From NCBI GenBank assembly GCA_964057225.1, contig OZ059900.1, forward strand, positions 13,950,001 to 14,014,000: 64,000 nt of DNA. Direction: 5' to 3'. The stretch comes from Auanema rhodensis (taxonomy: Eukaryota > Animalia > Nematoda). How positions within the stretch are numbered: position 1 is the first letter of the stretch; each line of letters begins with the position of its first letter. Shown piece by piece: positions 1 to 9,301 of the stretch. A program made the translations under genes and the position numbers. Under the pieces are notes generated by a model that was not told the DNA's origin, did no database searches, and saw only the letters and a program-made list of their open reading frames with translations.

Positions 1-2017
1 TATTAATTACCTGTGTGAGTTTACTTGAAACTATTTTGAAATCAACAATATGTTGTTTGATAAAACCATATCTATATATCTATATATATATCGACTATTG
101 TTTTAATGTTTTCACTCGCATCTTAAAAAACTCGCAATCATGAACATTCTTTCAAAATTTGTCTGTCAAACCATTGTTGAAACGTTTCTATATATTTTTT
201 GAATCTCAACAAGTAAGCCTCAAAGGCAAATCACCAAAATCCTTGTTTAACGACTTCAACAATTGATTCTTATGCCATTTTTTTTAATTAAAGAGTTTTA
301 TAAGATATTATTATAACTATTATTATTAATATTCATTTATAATTATCTTTTTCAAACTGCATACTCGCACAATAAAATTATTAAAGTTTGGTGTTCACAT
401 CTCTTTGAACTAGATGTTCCAAGGTGAGGACATAGAAATAAGCAAATTCTCGGATTGACCAAGCTGACTCATGTTTTCTTCATAGTTACTAGAATTCAAA
501 TATGTTTCAGCTGCATATACTAAACAGAAAAAAATAACATAATTGAGAGAATTTCTCCAAATCCTACAGACTTTTTGTATTTTCAATAAACTTTTTCACA
601 ATAAATATTGTTCAAAAAAGTTGTCAAAGTTTTCATTATCACAACTGTGAGATTTTGATTGTGTTCCTTGCTTAGTCATGCAGGTCGGCACTTTTTATGA
701 ATTTCTTGACTTTTTGAAATCTCAGATCTGCGCTCTCACACAGCTCTGTCATAGTTTTCATAGTTTTTACTGACAACGATTTGAATAGGTAGCGTGTCTC
801 ATCATGTTCAGTTTCCATACTCTCTCGAAGGTTCTGCTAACTGTTTCTCCAAAAATGATTGTAATCCTCAACCACTTGCTAATTTGAAGCTCCTCTTGTA
901 ATTTTAAATAAATTTATAACAAAACTCTTTGTCGTGTGTTATTTTGTTTATAAATGCTGTATTACTAAACGATAAAAGAAATAGTAATCACCAGCATTTA
1001 TTTATATTTAAATAGATAACGCATAAGATTAGATCAACTTGACCTTTACCTCCAACTATAACTAGAACTTTGGCTTCTTGTTTGTGAAAATGTTTCTAGA
1101 GCCTTTTTTGGAGAAAGCAATATAGCGAAGCTAGCTATAGTTGCTTTTTCATGCGTTTCATTAAAAATTTAAGTTAACTTGTCTGTGATTATTCATTTTA
1201 GAAGATTGAACTCGACTACAACGATATGACAAACAATTCTTCTAGACACTATACCTTATGGTCAGCTTATATTCAGATTGTAATACTAGATGTAAGATTT
1301 TTAAATATTCACTTTTCTCAAGCTCAATCTAACAAAGGTTTACTTGCAGAACGGTCGAATTCAGACATATAGAATTAAACGGAGTGAGCCGATGTCGAAG
1401 ATTTTCAATCACTATTTGGAAAGACGTTGCACCGCTAACTTTGAAATGACGTTAGATTATCACTTCAATGTGTTAGTTGGATTATATTTATTTAGCTTCT
1501 GGTACGATGGGCATAGGCTCAACGGAATTGAGACACCATACAGCTTAGTATTGCACAGCGGAGACACGATTGAGGTAATTTTCAGGAACCTGCAAGTTGT
1601 GGTATGAAAAAAAACTTTCAGGTTCGAAGAACTGAAACATCTGATTTCTATTAGACTGTTAATATATTCGACGTATTTAACCACTTCTTGTTGTTTCAAG
1701 GTTCCAAGATTTCTTAAACTGTTATTCTCGTTAAGATATTTCAAAAATTTACTTAGTTGAACAAATTGTTTTGATAACTCAACATGATTTCATCTCAATT
1801 TGGACAAATGTTAAGATATCGTTTATTAATTACCTGTGTGAGTTTACTTGAAACTATTTTGAAATCAACAATATGTTGTTTGATAAAACCATATCTATAT
1901 ATCTATATATATATCGACTATTGTTTTAATGTTTTCACTCGCATCTTAAAAAACTCGCAATCATGAACATTCTTTCAAAATTTGTCTGTCAAACCATTGT
2001 TGAAACGTTTCTATATA
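1..2017. repeat. Direct repeat with 1823-bp period; probable right end of a tandem duplication or array
   Basis: Bases 1-194 are identical by eye to 1824-2017 and the match runs to the window edge. One full unit is 195-2017. Confidence 0.9.
1226..1607 (+). CDS. Divergent SUMO-like (ubiquitin-fold) protein, ~92 aa, 3 exons, no C-terminal di-glycine
   Basis: Exons 1226-1291, 1350-1450, 1496-1607 with GT..AG introns give MTNNSSRHYTLWSAYIQIVILD-NGRIQTYRIKRSEPMSKIFNHYLERRCTANFEMT-FWYDGHRLNGIETPYSLVLHSGDTIEVIFRNLQVVV. This follows the SUMO pattern (FKIKxxTxMxKLxxxY...FxFDGxRIxxxxTPxxLxMxDxDxIEV). Confidence 0.75.
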
Positions 2018-2064
2018 AATTTTTTTACTGTTATTGTAATATTATTATAATTCTGTGTTAATCT

Positions 2065-4070
2065 CATATGTATTTGTCTCTTACGCTGCCAAAAAGCTCT
2101 CTCACTTTTCTCTGTAGTCTCATATATTGCGCAATCTCTAACATCTATGTTCGTCTCTCACGCCGCCAAATGAGATCTCATGTTTAGCACACTCTCTCGC
2201 TTTTCTCTTTACTCTCATATATTGCATGATCTCTAACATCTGTGTTCGTCTCTCACGCCGCCAAAAAAGGTCTCTTGCTTATCACACTCTCTCGCTTTTC
2301 TCTATACTCTCATATATTGCTCAATCTGTAGCATCTGTGTTCGTCTCTCACGCCACCAAAAAAGATCTCATGTTTAGCACACTCTCTCATTTTTCTCTGT
2401 AGTCTCCTATATTGCATGATCTCTAACATCTGTGTTCGTCTCTCACGCCGCCAAATGAGATCTCATGTTTAGCACACTCTCTCACTTTTCTCTGTAGTCT
2501 CATATATTGCGCAATCTCTAACATCTATGTTCGTCTCTCACGCCGCCAAAAAAGGTCTCTTGCTTATCACACTCTCTCGCTTTTCTCTATACTCTCATAT
2601 ATTGCTCGATCTGTAGCATCTGTTTTCGTCTCTCACGCCACCAAAAAAGATCTCATGTTTAGCACACTCTCTCGCTTTTCTCTATACTCTCATATATTGC
2701 ACAATCTCTAACATATATGTTCGTCTCTCACGCCGCCAAAAAAGATCTCATGTTTAGCACACTCTCTCGCTTTTCTCTATACTCTCATATATTGCACAAT
2801 CTCTAACATCTGTGTTCGTCTCTTACGCCGCCATATGAGCTCTCATCCTTTGTACGATCTCTCGCTGTTCTCTGAACTCTCATATATTGCTTAGTTTCTA
2901 ACATCTGTGTTCATCTCTCACGCCGTCAAATGAGATCTCATGTTTATCACACTCTCTCACTTTTCTCTGTACTCTCATATATTGCACAATCTATAACATT
3001 CGTGTTTTTCTCTCACGCCGCCAACTGAGATCTCTTGTTAACCACACTCTCTCGCTTTTCTCTATACTCCCATATATTGCTCAATCTCTAGCATCTATGT
3101 TCATCTCTCACGCCGTCAATTGAGATCTCATGTTTAGCACACTCTCTCGCTTTTTTCTGTAGTCTCATATATTGCACAATCTCTAACATCTGTGTTCATC
3201 TCTCACGCCGTCAAATGAGATCTCATGTTTATCACACTCTCTCACTTTTCTCTATACTCTCATATATTGCACAATCTATAACATTCGTGTTCGTCTCTCA
3301 CGCCGCCAAAAAAGATCTCTTGCTTATCACACTCTCTCACTTTTCTCTATACTCTCATATATTGCACAATCTATAACATTCGTGTTCGTCTCTCACGCCG
3401 CCAAATGAGATCTCTTGTTAACCACACTCTCTCGCTTTTCTCTATACTCTCATATATTGCTCAGTCTCTAACATCTGTGTTCATCTCTCACGCCGTCAAA
3501 TGAGATCTCATGTTTATCACACTCTCTCACTTTTCTTTGTACTCTCATATATTGCGCAATCTCTAACATCTATGTTCGTCTCTCACGCCGCCAAAAAAGG
3601 TCTCTTGCTTATCACACTCTCTCACTTTTCTCTATACTCTCATATATTGCACAATCTATAACATTCGTGTTCGTCTCTCACGCCGCCAAATGAGATCTCT
3701 TGTTAACCACACTCTCTCGCTTTTCTCTATACTCTCATATATTGCTCAATCTCTAACATCTGTGGTCATCTCTCACGCCGTCAAATGAGATCTCATGTTT
3801 ATCACACTCTCTCACTTTTCTTTGTACTCTCATATATTGCACAATCTCTAACATTTGTGTTCGTCTCTCACGCCGCCATATGAGATCTCATCCTTTGTAC
3901 GATCTCTTGCTTTTCTCTGAACTCTCATATATTGCTTAGTTTCTAACATCTGTGTTTTTCTCCCACGCCGCCAAATGAGTTCTCATGCTTAGTACGATCT
4001 CTCGCTTTTCTCTAACCTCTCATGCAATGCTTAGTCTCTAATATCTGTGTTCGTCTCTCACGTCGACTTT
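2065..4070. repeat. 95-bp tandem satellite, ~21 copies, with 3-mer (285-bp) higher-order structure
   Basis: The anchor CTCATATATTGC (or a 1-base variant) recurs at 2119, 2214, 2309, 2404, 2499, 2594, 2689, 2784, 2879, 2974 and onward with exact 95-bp spacing. Core: aacatctgtgttcgtctctcacgccgccaaatgagatctcatgtttagcacactctctcgcttttctct. Confidence 0.97.
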
Positions 4071-4441
4071 ATACAATAGTCCCTAATTCATCTCTGAACT
4101 CTCATAAAACTCTCAGTGTCTATATATTTCTGTCTACTGACCAAAAACACGCCAAATGGGCTGTCGCAAACGCTACGCAGGATTACGCGGGACTGCGTTG
4201 TCCATCTTAATTATTAAGTTTTTTAATTTAAGCTTCTAAAGTTCGAAATTATTAATGAACTGTATTTTTTTGTGTCTAAGCTTTTTGCATATTGTTAACC
4301 TGTATTTCCTTTTTTTAGCGGTGTCCACAGATTAGTCATTTTGTTTTTTTCGTTATCGATCCTTTTTATCAGATGTTTTTTTGACAATGTTTGTTGTATG
4401 CTTTCTTGTCTGATATGTTCAAGATATAGCTTGTTTTTCAG

Positions 4442-7400
4442 ATGATGGATGATATGGGTTCAACGTTTCTAAACGTTGAATGTCCTGTTAGCTTATTTCA
4501 TGAGGATGAACTTTTGTCTTCTGATAGCTTAATAAGAATTTCTAAGAAAAAACGTTTTGAACTTACTTTCAGAAACAAAGAAAATGAAAATATTTCTATT
4601 TATTTTGATGAGAATCCGTGAGTATTCAACAGAATATATTCATATTTTCTTGTTTTCACACTTCCAGATCTGTTTCTTTGCCTACTGATGGTTTTCGAAA
4701 TCAATCATGCTTTTTTAATGGAGTTTACGATAATCATCTGAGTGCTCTGAATTTGTGTGATAATAAGTCTATTTCGGGAATTATTATTACTTCAAAAAAT
4801 TATTTTGCGTTTGAATATAGAAATGGTCTCTTTGTCCTTCTTCCAAAAACATTTCCGAGCTGCGGTCTGTTTGTGTATCTAAACTTATATTTGTTGTTTT
4901 CTTTTTTCAGATTTTACTACTCGATCTAAGCGAGATGCAGCGCCCAAAACTGCTCCTGGGTATTACTCGAAACTGTCCGATGAAAAAACAAGATATTTAG
5001 AATTAGCTCTAGTTTTAGATAATTCAATGGTCGGTTATACTTCCTTTAATTAGATAAACTTTGTTTTACAGTTCAAAAAGTATGACAGTGATGAGAAAAA
5101 AGTGACAGAACGAGCACAAGCAACTGTCAACATTGTGAACGCGGTAGTGTTTTTAAAGTTTGTTTATTTTATTTTATTCTTTCTTTTAGTTGTATTTTCC
5201 GTTAAAAGTTAGAGTATCATTGGTGTATGTTGAAATTTGGAAAGAAAAGGATGAGTTTGATGTTGCAAATGCAGCCGAGAAAACTCTAGATAAGTTTTTG
5301 GAATATCGTCGGAAAATGATTAAAGAACATCCTCATGACAACGCTCACTTGCTCACGTTAGTAGTTTTGTGAAATGTAATATAGTAAGTGTGTTTAGTAA
5401 CATCAAGTTCGAACAAGGAGTGCTAGGAAAAGCATATAAAGGAACAATGTGTTCTTTCGATTATTCTGGAGGTGTTGATGTGGTTTGTATTGTTTGCTAT
5501 AACTTCGTTATGTATTTAGTTTTAGGACCATTCAACTAATCCTGCAGCAGTGGCTGCCACTCTAGCTCATGAAATTGGCCATAACTTTGGAATGGATCAT
5601 GATTTAACCGATGCAGATACATGTTCTTGTCCTAGTGCTCATTGTATTATGGCTCCTGCTTTAGGGTAAAATAACATATCAGAAAAGGGTTGCACTATTT
5701 GTGCTTATTTAGATCTATTATTCCTACTTATTGGTCGGAATGCAGTGTTAATAGCATTGTCAACAGTTTTGAGAGAGGAATTGACGTTTGTTTGGAGAAC
5801 GTACCCGAAAAAACAATGACAAAAGCAACATGTGGTAATGGGATTGTTGAAGGAAACGAGGTGATTATCATTTATCTTATATTATTTTCAATAATTATTA
5901 TCTCATTTGCAGGAATGTGATTGTGGAAGAAAAGATTGTCAAAATAAGTGTTGCGATGGAACAATTTGCAAATTGTTTGAAGGAGCTGAATGCGCAGAGG
6001 GTACATGCTGTGATCTGAAAACATGCAAAGTAAACTGAATGTTCTTCTATTCCTTAGTCATCATTGTATTTAGCCTAAACCACGTGCCACAGTTTGTAGG
6101 TCGGCAACAGGAATTTGTGATTTAGCGGAATACTGTAATGGTGAGACAAGTAATTGTCCAGCAGATTTTTATATGCAAGATGGCCACCTTTGCCCCGAAA
6201 GGAGCGATGTAATGAAATTTGGGAATGAACTCTTAATACTTTTGCTTGTTTCAGGAATATTGTTATAAAGGAAAATGTGGTAGTAGACATGATCAATGTG
6301 TGACTATATGGGGTCCAGATTCTCAATCCGCCGTTCCACAATGCTTCAACTTAAACAGACGAGGAGACTTTGGAGGAAATTGTGGCTATGATTTTCATCA
6401 AGGGAATTTTACTGCTTGCCCCGAAGAGTAAAACATAAAACATTTTTCCAATGTTACAGTGTAAATTCAGGGACATTCAATGTGGACGTCTTCATTGCTC
6501 TACACAGAGCGAACGACCAGTTATAGGAACACCTCAAACTGTTCAACCATCATATACGTATATACGAGTAGGTCAGGAAGGCATTAAGATCATAAGACAA
6601 AATAACAAATTACTTTTCCAGGTAGAACTGATCATATGTGCCATGTAATCAAAACAACATTCTCATCGGGTAAGAAGAAAGAACGAGACTACGGCATGGT
6701 TTCAGATGGTGCAACTTGCGGGACCAATAAGGTACTACTTATTTTATTAATAATTAAGTGTTAAATATTATTATTTTACAGATTTGCGTGGATACAAAAT
6801 GTAAACCCAGAGCTGAAGTGAATAAAACTGTATCACTTTGTACTGATAATTGCAATTTAAGAGGTATTACTTATCATTATATAATATTTTTTGATTTATT
6901 TAATATTTTAGGATTCTGTAACAATGTTGGAAATTGTCATTGTTATAATGGATTTGGAGGTATCGCATGTGAAATACCCGGATATGGTGGTTCCGTAAAT
7001 AGTAATACAGCAAATGTATATAGAGGGTACGAATAGAATCTGAAAGTATTTTTCAATATATTTCATTATAGAATAACTCCTTCGAGTGTATTTTTGGGAC
7101 TTAGTTTAACAGTTCTTGTCTTGTTTGCTATTGCTGTAGTCGTATCCGCAATAAGAGAGAAGCGAAACTTACTATTAGAGTACAGCCCATTTCTGTTTGT
7201 ATGCAAACTTATTATATTTTTAGATTATGGGTATGGATTAAAAAGGCTTTCAGAATGGAGGGAGTCTTAGTTCCTGTTCGTAGAGCTCCATCACCACCTG
7301 ACAAAAATCGACATTCTTCTCTGTAATAACTGATTTTATCAAATAATTGTAATAATTATCTTTTTAGCAATTCATCTAGGGTACCTACATATGATACACG

Positions 7401-7857
7401 GGTTACATATTCAACGAAGAATGATAAACCATCATATCAATCTACTCCAACTCTTCCTAACTCGTTAATTTGTTCCACAAACGATAACCAAACTCAACAA
7501 TATCGCCAGATGCCAATTGAGGAAAAAGTAAATTATTCTGTGACCGACCTCAAGAATTTCTGTCAAATTATAGAATGAACTGCAGCGTGTACGATCCATA
7601 CGCCCTAATGTGCCACCTCCTTCTGTACCAATTCGCCCACGAGAAGAAAATTTAGCAAGATTATACGAAGAAAAAGCAGAAGAATTAGGACTTATTTCGT
7701 ATGAGTAGCTTCAAAAAGTATTACTAATTCCTTTATTTTCAGTTGGAACAGCAACAATACTGTTCCGTCGCCTTCAAACACCGATGACACAACAACCAGT
7801 GCCAAAAAGAATATTCCACCTCCTTTACCACCTAAGCCACCTAAACAGAAACAGTGA
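4442..7857 (+). CDS. adm-2: ADAM (meltrin-type) metalloprotease-disintegrin, multi-exon; true start and signal peptide uncertain (~4370-4442)
   Basis: Prodomain; furin site RSKR (~4922); [14 protein letters not shown]; zinc motif [12 protein letters not shown] (5568-5603); Met-turn CIMAP; disintegrin [15 protein letters not shown]...CDLAEYCNG; Cys-rich and EGF domains; TM segment (~7090-7150); proline-rich tail ending PPKQKQ*. The intact catalytic motif argues against unc-71. Confidence 0.9.
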
Positions 7858-8102
7858 ATTGATCTCATTTTTTTGAGGTTTCTGTGAAGCCTCTATTCCT
7901 AAATCAATATACATATATTTATAGCATTATGAATTTGTTTTAATTACGGATTTGAATTGATATCTTAGCCTGCACTTTTTGCACATTTCATTTCTTTCTA
8001 TTTTATTTTGTTTCTTGCCTTAATATCCTGTTACGAGCGTTAATTTCAAAGTTTTAAAATAAAATATTTTTAATACATTTTGATATTTTCGATACAAAAT
8101 TC

Positions 8103-8302
8103 TTTTTCATCTTATTTAGCTGAATATTCTTGTTAGCTTTCTGGAAAAGTATAATTTCAATAATGTGAGGTGGTAGTTACTGACAGTTTTTACATATTTT
8201 ACACGCCATCTACGCAATCGGAAGTTAAAGCATATTATGAGAGATGTATAAACTCTGAATTATGAAAACTCCATACATTGAATCGTAGCACGCAGAGAAT
8301 GA
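8103..8302 (+). repeat. Isolated copy of the ~200-bp module also found in both palindrome arms and the spacer
   Basis: Matches 11584-11763 directly (cacgccatctacgcaatcggaagttaaagca...gaatcgtagcacgcagagaatga) and 10411-10590 and ~11000-11189 in reverse complement. Confidence 0.9.
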
Positions 8303-9301
8303 TTATCTAAAAATTATATACATATAGTATATGCATATAATTTTGAGCTTCCCTAACTTTTTTCTCAAATTCAGGTTTTTATCCAAATTATTTAGAAGTT
8401 CTTTAAAATAAAAAGTAAGAGCGGCAATTTAATGAAATTAGACTTGTACACCAAGATGAAGTTAACAAAAAAATAATAATATAAGTCATTTTTAATTTCT
8501 TGTAACGAAATATGCATTTTTTTAAAAAAAATGCTATCTGCTATGGATAAAACTACGTTATTGATTTTTTTCAACTATGATTATGTTGATCTCTTATACT
8601 ATGTATGTCCCGCTCTCAGTTAACATATAGGAAAGAGATGAGCATTAGACGTGTTGCTCTTGGCTCATACAGTCAGTCAAAAACTCTCTTTCTTACGAAG
8701 TATCAGCATCAGTCCAGTTCGCTGAGTTACACATTTAAAGAAGGTTGTATTTCATACGCTATTTCTTTATATTTCGCTATATTGTAGAGCTTTTATCACA
8801 TTTTCTTTCAATTATAGTTCTTTTCAGGATCATTTTGGTTTTTTTTGCTAATAAATGTCTTATACAAAGTGAGAAACTTCTATTGTTGATCGTACTAGAA
8901 TGAAAACACCACATCTCTGGATTGAACCGAAAAAATGTGTTTTTTCATGTTGCTATTTTTTGAAGCGGAAAATGCGAACTTCTAATAATTTTTCCAATGA
9001 AAAGAATTTAATGAAATATTATTTTTGGGTTTATGTTTATGTTTTTTTCACTACGACCAAGTATAAACACATGTTCAAACTGTTTTGAAGTATCAGATCA
9101 ATGTCACAATATTATGATAAAGTTGCTTCAATTGTTGTGCTATTCAACAATTATTTGTTGTATTTCTATTAGTATATTCAATTCTTCAATCGAAAAAAGC
9201 ATTCATTTTCATAATTATGTTAGTTGCGAATTCTTCTAACTATATCATAATTGGCTTTTGGGAAACAAATACAATTTGAAGAAACAAAGTGAAGAAAAAC
9301 T

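Noticed and set aside
1460-1744. 94-aa minus-strand ORF
   Set aside because: Antisense to the SUMO-like exon, non-ATG start, no recognisable motif.
2065-4070. CRISPR-like regular array
   Set aside because: The whole 95-bp unit repeats with no unique spacers, there are no cas genes, and the context is eukaryotic.
4147-4164. GCC...GGC quasi-palindrome as a DNA-elimination motif
   Set aside because: It falls close to the 95-bp register and resembles the unit core cacgccgccaaatgag, so it is more simply a degenerate last monomer.
6565-6625. Apparent GC-AG intron in adm-2
   Set aside because: A nearby GT donor (G|GTCAGG) gives the same reading frame.
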